A DNA stretch of 64,000 nt from an uncultured Novosphingobium sp. (GCA_937864195.1 CALMJG010000020.1:945-64944); one strand, 5' to 3'; numbered from the stretch's first letter, positions 17,399 to 26,942 are shown. The notes: generated by a model not told the origin, from the letters alone. Program-made: numbers and translations.

Positions 17399-17501
17399 CG
17401 TGCCGTTCAGGGCCACAATAGCGATCTGCGAACGATCTGCAAGAAGGGTGCGAGCAAGCGCTCGACACGAACGGACGGTGGAACGGAATTGGAAGAGCGG
17501 C

Positions 17502-18818
17502 TCAGACCGCCGAGGAGAAGCGCCGCACCGAATCCTGCCGATAGGGATCGAACAGCGCCGCAATGGTCCGGGCATAGGGCCGCCCGTCCGGCTGGATCGC
17601 CAGCCGCACGCCGTCGAAATCGGCCAGGCCGCGCTGGGTGAAGGGCGCGATCCGGCCGGCCACTTCGCGGGCCAGGTCGGCATCGATCCGGGCCTCGCCA
17701 TGGCACAGCAACTGGGTGATCACCTCGCCCCGGCGGCGGTCGTCGGCGCTGCGGGCAATGCCGCCCACGGCCGGGAGGATATCCTGCGACAACAGCATCC
17801 GGTAGCGTCCGGCGTTCTTCTCATTCTGTACCAGCAGCTCGGGGAAGCAGCTGATCGCCGAGGCGCCCAGCCCGATCAGCGACTGCGCCGCATCGTCGGT
17901 GAAGCCCTGGAAATTGCGGTGCAGACGCTTTTCGGCCAGCGCCTTGGCCATCGGATCGCCCGGCAGCGCGAAGTGATCGAAGCCGATCGCCACATAGCCC
18001 GCAGAGGTCAGCAGCCGATAGCCGAACTCGGCCATGGCGAAGCGCTCGACCTGATCGGGCAGGCGGCTGGCATCGATCCGGCGCTGGCGCGGCAGCATGT
18101 GCGGCACATGGGCATAGCCGAACAGGGCAATGCGGTCCGCGCCCAGCTCCACCGCGCGGTGCAGCGTCGCTTCCAGCTTGCCGAGATCCTGCCCCGGCAG
18201 GCCGTACATCAGGTCATAGTTGAGCGAGGTCACCCCCGCCTCGCGCAGCAACTGGGTGCCGCGCACGATGTCGCTGTCGGGCTGGATCCGGCCGATCGCG
18301 GCCTGAAGCTCGGGATCGAAGGTCTGCACGCCCATGCTGGCATTGGTCACCCCGATGCAGCCGAGCACCTGCGCCCAGGCGGCGGTCAGGCCGCGCGGGT
18401 CCAGTTCGATCGACCAGACCGGCTCATCCAGCGGCATGTGCAGCGTCAGGGCATCGACCAGCCGCACGAAATCGGTGGGAGAGATCGCGTTGGGGCTGCC
18501 CCCGCCGAACGCGACCCGGCGCACCGCCACGCTGCTGTCCAACCGAGTGCCGGTGATCGCGATGTCACGGTGGAGCGAATCGAGGTAGCCCGCCAGGCGC
18601 TGCGAACGGTTGGCCGCCCCGGTATTGCAGCCGCAGTACCAGCAGATCTGCTCGCAGAAGGGGATATGAACATACAGCGAAACGTCGCCGCGCGCGGCGC
18701 GCAGCGCGGCATCGGCCTGGGCAGGGCCCACAGCGCTGCCGAACTCGGCGGCGGTCGGAAAGCTCGTGTACCGGGGAACCGGAGTTTCGAGCAGTTCAGG
18801 GTAATAGGTCCACATCAC
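17502..18818 (-). CDS. hemN: Oxygen-independent coproporphyrinogen III oxidase (radical SAM)
   Basis: 438 aa. N-terminus RYTSFPTAAEF and radical-SAM cluster motif CEQICWYCGC. Confidence 0.9.
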   Translation of the reverse strand: MMWTYYPELLETPVPRYTSFPTAAEFGSAVGPAQADAALRAARGDVSLYVHIPFCEQICWYCGCNTGAANRSQRLAGYLDSLHRDIAITGTRLDSSVAVRRVAFGGGSPNAISPTDFVRLVDALTLHMPLDEPVWSIELDPRGLTAAWAQVLGCIGVTNASMGVQTFDPELQAAIGRIQPDSDIVRGTQLLREAGVTSLNYDLMYGLPGQDLGKLEATLHRAVELGADRIALFGYAHVPHMLPRQRRIDASRLPDQVERFAMAEFGYRLLTSAGYVAIGFDHFALPGDPMAKALAEKRLHRNFQGFTDDAAQSLIGLGASAISCFPELLVQNEKNAGRYRMLLSQDILPAVGGIARSADDRRRGEVITQLLCHGEARIDADLAREVAGRIAPFTQRGLADFDGVRLAIQPDGRPYARTIAALFDPYRQDSVRRFSSAV

Positions 18819-18840
18819 ACAGGCAGCTTAACCGAGCCGA

Positions 18841-19098
18841 TCAGGGCAGTTCATTGCTATCGCGCAAATTGTCGCCATTGCGTTTGCGCGAGGAACCCGA
18901 ATGGCAGCCTTTGACGCAGCACGTGCCGGTGCCCTGGCCGGGAGCCGAATCCCCCCCCACCGGCACGGTCATCATGTGGACCTGCCCGTCGCCGGTGCAG
19001 ACCGGCACCAGGATCGAGGCACCGGCGGCAGGCGCCGCGATGTTGAGCGCGGCGGGCACCAGCGCGACCATGCCGAAGTGCAGCAGTTCGGCCTTCAT
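18841..19098 (-). CDS. Small hydrophobic-N-terminus protein rich in Cys/His/Met, unknown function
   Basis: 85 aa. The ATG forms an ATGA overlap with the ccoS stop. High third-position GC over most of its length. Motifs VCTGDGQVHMM and TCCVKGCH. Confidence 0.5.
   Translation of the reverse strand: MKAELLHFGMVALVPAALNIAAPAAGASILVPVCTGDGQVHMMTVPVGGDSAPGQGTGTCCVKGCHSGSSRKRNGDNLRDSNELP
18854..18867 (-). promoter_or_regulatory. Candidate FixK/FNR-type box upstream of hemN (inside the 3' end of the 85-aa ORF)
   Basis: Plus strand TTGCTATCGCGCAA; the transcribed minus strand reads TTGCGCGATAGCAA. This fits TTG-N8-CAA. The centre is about 42 bp upstream of the hemN ATG. It deviates from the TTGAT-N4-ATCAA core. 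Confidence 0.3.
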
Positions 19099-19262
19099 GC
19101 GCCAGAATCCACTTCTTCGTCCTCTTCGTCGTCGATCAGTATCCGGGCGGCGGCACCATCGAGATCCTCGAACTGCCCGCGCTTCAGCGCCCAGAAGAAG
19201 GCGGCGAGGCCCAGCAGCCCCATGCCGAGCGCGACCGGGATCAGAACTGCCAGCCCGGTCAT
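19095..19262 (-). CDS. ccoS: cbb3 oxidase maturation protein CcoS/FixS
   Basis: Not in the ORF track (55 aa); translated by hand as MTGLAVLIPVALGMGLLGLAAFFWALKRGQFEDLDGAAARILIDDEEDEEVDSGA. The FWALKRGQFEDLDGAA motif is typical of CcoS. ATGA overlap with the ccoI stop. Confidence 0.85.
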   Translation of the reverse strand: MTGLAVLIPVALGMGLLGLAAFFWALKRGQFEDLDGAAARILIDDEEDEEVDSGA

Positions 19263-21394
19263 GCGCTGGCCCTCACCAGCCGCAGCGAATTGGCAATGAC
19301 GATCAGCGAGCTGGTCGACATGGCCACCGCCGCGATCAGCGGGGTGACAAAGCCCGCCATGGCCAGCGGCACGGCCAGCACGTTGTAGCCGATCGCCAGC
19401 ACGAAGTTTTCCTTCACCACCCGCATGGTCCGCCGCGCGGCGGTGAGCGCGCGGGGAAGCGCATCGAGCGAATCGCCCAGGAACACCAGGTCCGCCGCCT
19501 GGCGGCCGACGTCGCTGGCCGTGCCGGGGGCGATCGAGGCGTTGGCGGCCGACAGCGCCGGGCCATCATTGAGCCCGTCGCCCGCCATCAGCACCTTGTG
19601 GCCCTGGGCCTGGAGCGCGGCAATCGCGGCCTGCTTGTCCGCCGGGCTGGCAGCGGCCTGGCCTTCAAGGCCGGTCTGGCGCGCGGCTTCGGCAACGGCG
19701 GCGGGATTGTCGCCCGACAGGATCGAGGCCTTGACGCCCAGCTTCTCCAGCTTGCGCAGCGCGGCTTCGGCATCGGGGCGCAGGCGGTCGGCAAAGGGGA
19801 TCAGCCAGGCCGGCTGGCCCGCAATGCTGAGCGCGGTGGCAATCCCGCTGGCGGCTTCGGGACGCTGGAGCGCCACGGCCCTGCCCTGCCACATGGCGCG
19901 CAGGCCCTGCCCGCTTTCCTCCTCGACCGATTCGAGCGCGGCGGGCTTTACCCCGCGCGCGGCCAGCGCTTCGACCAGCGCGCGCGACAGCGGATGGCGG
20001 CTGTGCGAGGCGAGTCCCAGCGCGACCGAGGCCGCATCGGGTGTCAGCGCATCCAGCACGGCGGGATCGGGCAAAGGGCGGCCCATGGTGAGCGTGCCGG
20101 TCTTGTCGAGCAGTGCGCGGTCGATCGTCGCCATGCGTTCCAGCGCGCTGCCGTCCTTCACCATCACCCCGCGCTTCATCAGCGCGCCGCAGGCGACGAC
20201 CTGCGCCACCGGCACGGCCAGGCCGAGCGCGCAGGGGCAGGTGATGATCAGCACGGCGATGGCGTAGACCAGCGACTGGTGCCAGCCCGCACCGGCGATC
20301 ATCCAGCCCGCGAAAGTCAGCGCCGCGAGCGAATGGACGGCCGGCGCATAGAGCCGCGAAGCGCGGTCCGCGATCCGGACATAGGCCGAGCGGACCTGGC
20401 CCGAGGCTTCCATCAGCCGCGCGATTTCCGCCAGCGTGGTGCCCTGCCCGGCGGCGGTCACCCGCACGTCGACCGGTCCATCGAGATTGAGCGTGCCAGC
20501 CAGCACCGCATCCCCGGTGGCCGCCGGGACCGGCGCGCTCTCGCCCGTCAGCAGCGACTGGTCGAACCGGCTGGCGCCGGTCACGATCTCGCCGTCGGCA
20601 GCCAGACGTTCCCCTGCGGCGACGCGCATGGTCATGCCGGGGACAAGATCCTGCGCGGCGAGCCAATCCAGGCCGCCGCCCGGCGCAAGCACCATCGCGC
20701 CGGGAGCCGCCTGGCGCAGCAGGGCATCGACCCCGGCGCGGGCGCGGTCGCGCATTGCCGCATCGAGCGCGCGTCCGGCGAGCAGGAACAGCAGCAGCAT
20801 CAGGGTGCCATCGAACCAGGCGTCGGCGCCGTGGGTCGCGGTTTCGTACAGGCTGAGCCCGGTGGCCAAGGTTACGCCGATCGAGATCGGCACGTCCATG
20901 TTGGTGGTGCCGCGCCTGAGCGCACCCCAGGCCGATTTGAAGAACGGCATCCCGGAATAGATGATCGCGGGCACGCCGATCCCGGCCGAAAGCCAGTGGA
21001 ACAGCGCCTTGGTCGCGCCTTCCGCACCCGACCAGATGCTGACCGACAGCAGCATGACGTTCATGCAGGCAAAGCCGGCGACGGCCACCGGCGCCAGCAG
21101 CGGCTTGACCGCCGAGGGAGCCTCTGCCGCAGTATCGCCGCGCGGCTGGCTGGCAAAGCCTACGCTCGTCAGCGCATCCATCAGCTGCGGCATGGTGACG
21201 GCGGGATCGTGCGCCACGCGAACCTGGCGCGCGGTCAGGTTGACCCGCGCCTCGCTCACGCCCGCAACGGCGTGGAGCGAACGTTCGACCTTGGCCATGC
21301 AGCCCGCGCAGTGCATCCCCGGCACGACCAGTACGGTCGTGACCGGATCGGCCCCTGCTTCGCCGTGGGCCAGTGCGGCCGCCGGGGGTGTCAC
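19259..21394 (-). CDS. ccoI: Copper-translocating P1B-type ATPase CcoI/FixI
   Basis: 711 aa. N-terminal GMHCAGC metal-binding motif, CPC transmembrane motif (ITCPCALG), DKTGTLT phosphorylation site, GDGLNDGPAL. GTG start. Confidence 0.9.
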   Translation of the reverse strand: MTPPAAALAHGEAGADPVTTVLVVPGMHCAGCMAKVERSLHAVAGVSEARVNLTARQVRVAHDPAVTMPQLMDALTSVGFASQPRGDTAAEAPSAVKPLLAPVAVAGFACMNVMLLSVSIWSGAEGATKALFHWLSAGIGVPAIIYSGMPFFKSAWGALRRGTTNMDVPISIGVTLATGLSLYETATHGADAWFDGTLMLLLFLLAGRALDAAMRDRARAGVDALLRQAAPGAMVLAPGGGLDWLAAQDLVPGMTMRVAAGERLAADGEIVTGASRFDQSLLTGESAPVPAATGDAVLAGTLNLDGPVDVRVTAAGQGTTLAEIARLMEASGQVRSAYVRIADRASRLYAPAVHSLAALTFAGWMIAGAGWHQSLVYAIAVLIITCPCALGLAVPVAQVVACGALMKRGVMVKDGSALERMATIDRALLDKTGTLTMGRPLPDPAVLDALTPDAASVALGLASHSRHPLSRALVEALAARGVKPAALESVEEESGQGLRAMWQGRAVALQRPEAASGIATALSIAGQPAWLIPFADRLRPDAEAALRKLEKLGVKASILSGDNPAAVAEAARQTGLEGQAAASPADKQAAIAALQAQGHKVLMAGDGLNDGPALSAANASIAPGTASDVGRQAADLVFLGDSLDALPRALTAARRTMRVVKENFVLAIGYNVLAVPLAMAGFVTPLIAAVAMSTSSLIVIANSLRLVRASA

Positions 21395-21855
21395 AGGACC
21401 TCCTGCTCCGTCCGCCAGCGCTGCGCTCCGGCAGTCGCCTCGATCCGCAGCCGCCAGCGTCCCGCCGGCAGCGCCTGCTGCGAAACGAAGCGGCCATCGG
21501 CCTGGCGCTGGAAGCGCAGGAGCTGGTCGGGCAGGCGGCCCAGCGGGTGGCGGGCATCGGCGGAAAGGATCACGCCCTCGCCCGGCGCGCCGGTCAGGCG
21601 AACCGCCAGCCGGCCGTCCTTCAGCCGCTGCGCCTCGGCATTCCAGCCCAGCGCCTTTTCACGCTCGGCCTCGTCCAGCCAGGTGTTGAAGTGCTGGCTG
21701 GCGACATAGGAATTTTCGACCACCACCCCGCCGAAGGTGGAGATCGCAAACCGGGCCATCAGCAGATTGACCGCGATCACCACGGCGAAGAACGCCACCA
21801 TGATCATCGCGATGTGCCGGCCGGTGAAGGGTCCGGTGGTGAAGGCCTTCATCAT
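21391..21855 (-). CDS. ccoH: CcoH/FixH assembly protein
   Basis: 154 aa. N-terminal FTGRHIAMIMVAFFAVVIAVNLLMA is typical of FixH. Overlapping stop/start codons on both sides. Confidence 0.8.
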   Translation of the reverse strand: MMKAFTTGPFTGRHIAMIMVAFFAVVIAVNLLMARFAISTFGGVVVENSYVASQHFNTWLDEAEREKALGWNAEAQRLKDGRLAVRLTGAPGEGVILSADARHPLGRLPDQLLRFQRQADGRFVSQQALPAGRWRLRIEATAGAQRWRTEQEVL

Positions 21856-23300
21856 TCTTCTCCGGGCGCGTCAAAGCGCACATCGTTGGTGTCCCCGCCG
21901 CCCTCGGCATCGATTGCCCGCAGGACGAAAGTGAAGCTGGTAGGCTCGGTGCCCGGCGGCGCGACGACGTAGATCCGCTGCGGGCGGGTCTGGTCGGCAT
22001 CGACGCTGAACTTCAGGCTGCGCGCCGCTTCGCTGCGCGGCATCTCGTCGGACCACATCACGCCGTGCTTCAGCCCGTCCAGCGTGACTTCCATCACGCG
22101 CGGGCGGTTTTCCATGTTGCGCAGCTTGATGGTGTAGTCGTTGCGGATCTCGCCGCTGGGCTGCACGGTATAGGGCGGGTTGCGGTCCTTCTGGACGGTC
22201 AGGTCGATATGCTTGCGGGTGCCCAGCGCGAACAGCAGCGCCAGGCCGATCGCCGACCAGACGCCGACGTAGATCAGCGTGCGGGTGTGGAACAGCGCAC
22301 GGGTGACCGGCCGGGCATGGCCGCCTTCGCGCTCGATCTTGCAATCGTCCAGCGTGGCATAGTCGATCAGGCCGCGCGGGCGGCCGATCTGGGCCATCAC
22401 GCTGTCGCAGGCATCGATGCACAGCGCGCAGGTGATGCAGCGGATGTCCGGCCCGTTCCGGATGTCGTAGCCCGTGGGACAGACGTTGACGCACTGGTTG
22501 CAGTCGACGCAGTCGCCTACCCCGCCGGGGTTCTTCTCGGCCTTCTTGACGCTGCCGCGCGGTTCGCCGCGCCAGTCCTTGTAGGTGACGATCAGCGACT
22601 TTTCATCGAGCATGGCCGTCTGGATGCGCGGCCAGGGGCACATGTAGACGCAGACCTGCTCGCGCATGAAACCGCCCAGCAGGAAGGTCGTGGCGGTCAG
22701 CACGCCGACCGTGGCATAGGCCACGCCCGCCGCATCGCCGCTCCAGAACTCGCGGGTCAGGGTCGGCGCGTCGGCGAAGTACATGATCCACGCGCCGCCG
22801 GTCCAGAAGCTGATGACCAGGTAGATGGTCCACTTCACCCCGCGCTTGATGATCTTCTGCGGGCCCCAGGGCGCGGCTTCAAGGCGCAACTGGGCGTTGC
22901 GATCACCATCGACCAGGCGGTCGACGTGCTGGAACAGGTCGGTCCAGACCGTCTGCGGGCAGGCATAGCCGCACCAGGCCCGCCCGACCGCGCTGGTGAT
23001 CACGAACAGGCCGATGCCCGCCATGATCAGCATCCCCGCCACGAAATAGAATTCGTGGGGCCAAATCTCGATTCCGAACATGTAGAACCGGCGGTGGGCC
23101 ATATCGACCAGCACTGCCTGGTTCGGCGCATAGGGGCCGCGATCCCAGCGGATCCACGGGGTGATGTAATACACCCCGAGGGTCAGGATCATCACCAGCC
23201 ACTTGAAGCGGCGGAAGCGGCCGTCCACCGCTTTGGGAAAGACGGCCTTGCGCTTCTCGTACAGGCCGGTGTCGGCCTGCTTGGGATCAGGGTTGAGCAT
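21852..23300 (-). CDS. ccoG: CcoG/FixG polyferredoxin-like membrane protein
   Basis: LYEKRKAVFPKAVDGRFRRFKW N-terminus and two ferredoxin Cys clusters (CVDCNQCVNVCP, CITCALCIDAC). Start set at ATG 23300; the ORF-track start 23372 is also possible. Confidence 0.85.
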   Translation of the reverse strand: MLNPDPKQADTGLYEKRKAVFPKAVDGRFRRFKWLVMILTLGVYYITPWIRWDRGPYAPNQAVLVDMAHRRFYMFGIEIWPHEFYFVAGMLIMAGIGLFVITSAVGRAWCGYACPQTVWTDLFQHVDRLVDGDRNAQLRLEAAPWGPQKIIKRGVKWTIYLVISFWTGGAWIMYFADAPTLTREFWSGDAAGVAYATVGVLTATTFLLGGFMREQVCVYMCPWPRIQTAMLDEKSLIVTYKDWRGEPRGSVKKAEKNPGGVGDCVDCNQCVNVCPTGYDIRNGPDIRCITCALCIDACDSVMAQIGRPRGLIDYATLDDCKIEREGGHARPVTRALFHTRTLIYVGVWSAIGLALLFALGTRKHIDLTVQKDRNPPYTVQPSGEIRNDYTIKLRNMENRPRVMEVTLDGLKHGVMWSDEMPRSEAARSLKFSVDADQTRPQRIYVVAPPGTEPTSFTFVLRAIDAEGGGDTNDVRFDAPGEE

Positions 23301-24210
23301 TTCCAGTACCATTCGCAGGAGGATTCGTCGCAGCTTCCGTGAAGTCTTCGCCGCCCCCCAGCGAGTGAACATAGACTGCCAGCATCTTGATCGTGGCAGG
23401 ATCGAGCTTGCCCGACCAGCCCGGCATTACGCCGGCGTGCGCCTTGGTGACGCTGGCCACGACCTGCGCCCGGTCACCGCCGTAGAGCCAGACCTGGTCG
23501 GTCAGGTTCGGCGCGCCGAACTGGCGCAGGCCCTTGCCGTCAGGCCCGTGGCAGGCCACGCAATTGGCCGTGAACAGCGCCGCGCCCGCCGCATTGGCCG
23601 GCCCCTTGCCCGACAGCGAAAGCACGTGGCTGACAACGTCGTTGACCTGCGCGCCGGTCAGGATGCCGTCCTTGCCGAAGCTGGGCATCATGCTGGTGCG
23701 GGTGTCGGCGTGATCGGGCGAGCGGATGCCGTTCACCAGGGTCAGTTCGATGTCCTTCACCGTGCCGCCCCACAGCCAGTCGGTGTCGGTCAGGTTGGGA
23801 TAGCCGTTGCCGGGCATGCTCTTGCCGCCCGAACCGTGGCACTGCGCGCAGTTCTGCTTGAACGCCGCCGCGCCGCCGGCCTTGGCCTGGGCGAGCAGCT
23901 TGGGATCGTTGGCGATCTGTTCGACCGGAGTGGCCGCGATCGCATCCAGCACCGGCTTGCGCGCGGCTTCGGCAGCACTGGTTTCCGCCGCCAGCTGGCC
24001 GCGGCTCGACCAGCCGAACAGACCTTCGCTGGCCTTGCTGCCCATCGGGATCGCGGGATAGACCACCACGTAGCCGATCGAGAATGCGATGCACAGCCAG
24101 AAGGAGATCACCCACCAGCGCGGCAGCGGGTTGTTGAGTTCCTCGATGCCGTCCCATTCATGACCGACAGTCTCGATGCCGGTCGGCTCGTCAATGCGCT
24201 TATTCGACAT
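23287..24210 (-). CDS. ccoP: cbb3-type cytochrome c oxidase subunit P (dihaem c)
   Basis: Two CxxCH motifs (CAQCHG, CVACHG). Start set at ATG 24210; the ORF-track start 24219 is a GTG. Confidence 0.9.
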   Translation of the reverse strand: MSNKRIDEPTGIETVGHEWDGIEELNNPLPRWWVISFWLCIAFSIGYVVVYPAIPMGSKASEGLFGWSSRGQLAAETSAAEAARKPVLDAIAATPVEQIANDPKLLAQAKAGGAAAFKQNCAQCHGSGGKSMPGNGYPNLTDTDWLWGGTVKDIELTLVNGIRSPDHADTRTSMMPSFGKDGILTGAQVNDVVSHVLSLSGKGPANAAGAALFTANCVACHGPDGKGLRQFGAPNLTDQVWLYGGDRAQVVASVTKAHAGVMPGWSGKLDPATIKMLAVYVHSLGGGEDFTEAATNPPANGTGNAQP

Positions 24211-24373
24211 TGTCGTCACCTTTAAAGATCATGTTCGCGGCCGCTTCGTTGTCTTCCTTCGCGCCCGGCCGGAAAGGCCAGAGCGCGAAGAGCAGGAAGA
24301 TCACGACCATCGCGGCCAGCCCCCAGCTGTCGGCAAAGTGCCGCAGCGCGTCGTAGGTCGAATGGACGCTCAC
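24200..24373 (-). CDS. ccoQ: cbb3-type cytochrome c oxidase subunit Q
   Basis: Not in the ORF track (57 aa); translated by hand as [61 protein letters not shown] start in a GTGA overlap with the ccoO stop. Overlaps the ccoP start by 11 nt. Confidence 0.75.
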   Translation of the reverse strand: MSVHSTYDALRHFADSWGLAAMVVIFLLFALWPFRPGAKEDNEAAANMIFKGDDNVE

Positions 24374-25134
24374 CGGCCCTTTTCCTTGGCCAGCGCCTCC
24401 TGCGCGGCAGGCGCGTTGACGTCGACCATGGTGCCCAGCACCTGGAGATAGGCGACCAGGGCGTCCATCTCGGTCAGGCGGTCCGGGTTGCCGTCGAAGT
24501 CGCGGACCTGCGCCTTGGGATAGCGCTTGATCAGGTCGGCGGTGTCGGCATTCGGATCGGCCTGGGCCTTGAGGTCCTCGTTCGCCTTTTCGAGGTCTTC
24601 CTTCGTATAGGGCACGCCGACGCGGTAGAGCGCCAGCAGGTCGGCCTTCATGTCGCCGGCGTTCAGGTCATTCTTGGCCAGGAACGCATAGGGCGGCATG
24701 ACGGATTCAGGCACCACGGCGCGCGGATCCTTGAGGTGCTGGACGTGCCATTCGTCGGAATACTTCTTGCCGACGCGGGCCAGGTCCGGCCCGGTGCGCT
24801 TGGAGCCCCACTGGAACGGATGGTCGTACATCGATTCCGCCGCCAGGCTGTAGTGGCCATAGCGCTCGACCTCGTCGCGGAACGGACGGATCATCTGGCT
24901 GTGGCAGACATAGCAGCCTTCGCGGATGTAGATGTCCCGCCCGGCCTGCTCCAGCGGGGTGTAGGGCCGCACGCCGTCCACCTTCTCGATCGTGTTGTCG
25001 ATCCAGAACAGCGGCGCGATCTCGACGATGCCGCCCACGGTCACGGCAAGGAAAGCGAACACGCCCAGCAGGGCCACGTTCTTTTCCAGCTTCTTGTGCC
25101 GGCCCCAGGGTTCCTTCTTGGTAGTCTCGGTCAT
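24370..25134 (-). CDS. ccoO: cbb3-type cytochrome c oxidase subunit O (monohaem c)
   Basis: 254 aa. CYVCHS haem-binding motif and typical FixO sequence. Confidence 0.9.
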   Translation of the reverse strand: MTETTKKEPWGRHKKLEKNVALLGVFAFLAVTVGGIVEIAPLFWIDNTIEKVDGVRPYTPLEQAGRDIYIREGCYVCHSQMIRPFRDEVERYGHYSLAAESMYDHPFQWGSKRTGPDLARVGKKYSDEWHVQHLKDPRAVVPESVMPPYAFLAKNDLNAGDMKADLLALYRVGVPYTKEDLEKANEDLKAQADPNADTADLIKRYPKAQVRDFDGNPDRLTEMDALVAYLQVLGTMVDVNAPAAQEALAKEKGR

Positions 25135-25147
25135 TTCGAATTACCCC

Positions 25148-26818
25148 TTATTCGGCAGGCGTGGCGACCAGCGGACGGTCGACAGCGGGGTCATAGGCGG
25201 CCTGGCGCATCGGCGGTTCGACGCGCAGGCGTCCGGCGATCGTCTGCCACACGTTGTAGGCCATGATCGCACCACCGGTGAGGTACAGGACCCCGCCAAA
25301 GGCACGCAGCACGTACATCGGGAACAGCGCGGCGACGGTTTCGGCAAAGCTGTTCACCAGGTAGCCGTCGGCGCCGTATTCACGCCACATCAGGCCCTGC
25401 ATGATCCCCGCCACCCACATCGAGGAGGCGTAGAACACGATGCCCAGCGTCGCGAGCCAGAAGTGCCAGTTGATCATGCGCAGCGAATACATCCGCTCGC
25501 GGCCCCACAGGCGCGGCGCCAGGAAGTAGATCGCCGAGAAGGTGATCATCCCGTTCCAGCCCAGCGCGCCCGAATGAACGTGGCCGATGGTCCAGTCGGT
25601 ATAGTGCGACAGCGAGTTGACCGACTTGATCGACATCATCGGGCCTTCGAAGGTCGACATGCCGTAGAAGGCGATCGACATCACCATCATGCGGATCACC
25701 GGATCGGTGCGGACCTTGTCCCAGGCGCCGTTCAGCGTCATCAGGCCGTTGATCATGCCGCCCCAGCTGGGCATCCACAGCATGACCGAGAAGACCATGC
25801 CCAGCGTCTGCGCCCAGTCCGGCAGCGCGGTGTAGTGCAGATGGTGCGGGCCCGCCCAGATGTAGAGGAAGATCAGGCCCCAGAAGTGCACGATCGACAG
25901 CCGGTAGCTGTAGATCGGGCGTTCGACCTGCTTGGGCACGAAGTAGTACATCATCGCCAGGAAGCCGGCGGTCAGGAAGAAGCCCACGGCGTTGTGGCCG
26001 TACCACCACTGCACCAGCGCGCCCTGCACGCCTGCCCACAGCGGATAGCTCTTCGAACCGAAGATGCTGACCGGCAGGTTCACGTTGTTCACCAGGTGCA
26101 GCATGGCCACGGTGATGATGAACGACAGGAAGAACCAGTTCGCCACGTAGATGTGGGGTTCGGTGCGCTTCATGATCGTGCCGACGAAGACGGCCAGGTA
26201 GGCCACCCAGACCAGGGTCAGCCACAGGTCGACGTACCATTCCGGCTCGGCATATTCCTTGCTCTGGGTAATGCCCAGGACATAGCCCGTCGCGGCCAGC
26301 ACGATGAACAGCTGGTAACCCCAGAACACGAACTTCGCGAGGCCGGGCAGCGCGAGGCGCGCGCGGCAGGTGCGCTGGACGATGTAGAACGAGGTCGAAA
26401 TCAGCGCCGTGCCACCGAAGGCGAAGATCACCGCCGAGGTATGCAGCGGCCGCAGTCGCCCGAAGGTGGTCCATTCCAGCCCCAGGTTGAGCACCGGGAA
26501 GGCCAGCTGGAGAGCGATCACCAACCCGACCAGGAAGCCGACGACTCCCCAGAAAGTGGTGAGAATGACGCCGAACCTGATCAGGTCGTCATCATATTTG
26601 CCCTGATCGGCAACCACCCCGAAGACGGAAGCCGTCTTGTAGTTGGTGTTGCGCAGCGAAAGCCCCAGGCCGACAAGTGCGGCCAGGGCGAAGATCGCCA
26701 TGTGGATCGCGAAACCGCTGTCTGCGGCATTCGCGAACATCACGATAGCGACTAATAGGGCGACCAGCCAAAGGCCGGCGCGGGCGACTACGGATTCCAC
26801 GGGTCCCTTCCCCCTCAT
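25148..26818 (-). CDS. ccoN: cbb3-type cytochrome c oxidase subunit N (catalytic)
   Basis: 556 aa polytopic haem-copper oxidase subunit (…[19 protein letters not shown]…, …[10 protein letters not shown]…). Confidence 0.92.
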   Translation of the reverse strand: MRGKGPVESVVARAGLWLVALLVAIVMFANAADSGFAIHMAIFALAALVGLGLSLRNTNYKTASVFGVVADQGKYDDDLIRFGVILTTFWGVVGFLVGLVIALQLAFPVLNLGLEWTTFGRLRPLHTSAVIFAFGGTALISTSFYIVQRTCRARLALPGLAKFVFWGYQLFIVLAATGYVLGITQSKEYAEPEWYVDLWLTLVWVAYLAVFVGTIMKRTEPHIYVANWFFLSFIITVAMLHLVNNVNLPVSIFGSKSYPLWAGVQGALVQWWYGHNAVGFFLTAGFLAMMYYFVPKQVERPIYSYRLSIVHFWGLIFLYIWAGPHHLHYTALPDWAQTLGMVFSVMLWMPSWGGMINGLMTLNGAWDKVRTDPVIRMMVMSIAFYGMSTFEGPMMSIKSVNSLSHYTDWTIGHVHSGALGWNGMITFSAIYFLAPRLWGRERMYSLRMINWHFWLATLGIVFYASSMWVAGIMQGLMWREYGADGYLVNSFAETVAALFPMYVLRAFGGVLYLTGGAIMAYNVWQTIAGRLRVEPPMRQAAYDPAVDRPLVATPAE

Positions 26819-26885
26819 GCAAGGAATGAAATGTTAAGCCTGAATTCGACCCTTGGCCCTTTCGGCGCGCCATTGCAATGCAACA

Positions 26886-26899
26886 TTGATTGGGATCAA
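26886..26899 (-). promoter_or_regulatory. Consensus FNR/FixK anaerobox upstream of ccoN
   Basis: TTGATTGGGATCAA is a perfect TTGAT-N4-ATCAA. The centre is about 74 bp upstream of the ccoN ATG. Confidence 0.75.
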
Positions 26900-26942
26900 A
26901 TTGCCGGGGTCGGTCAGGAAAATGGCGAAAAACAGCGATAAA

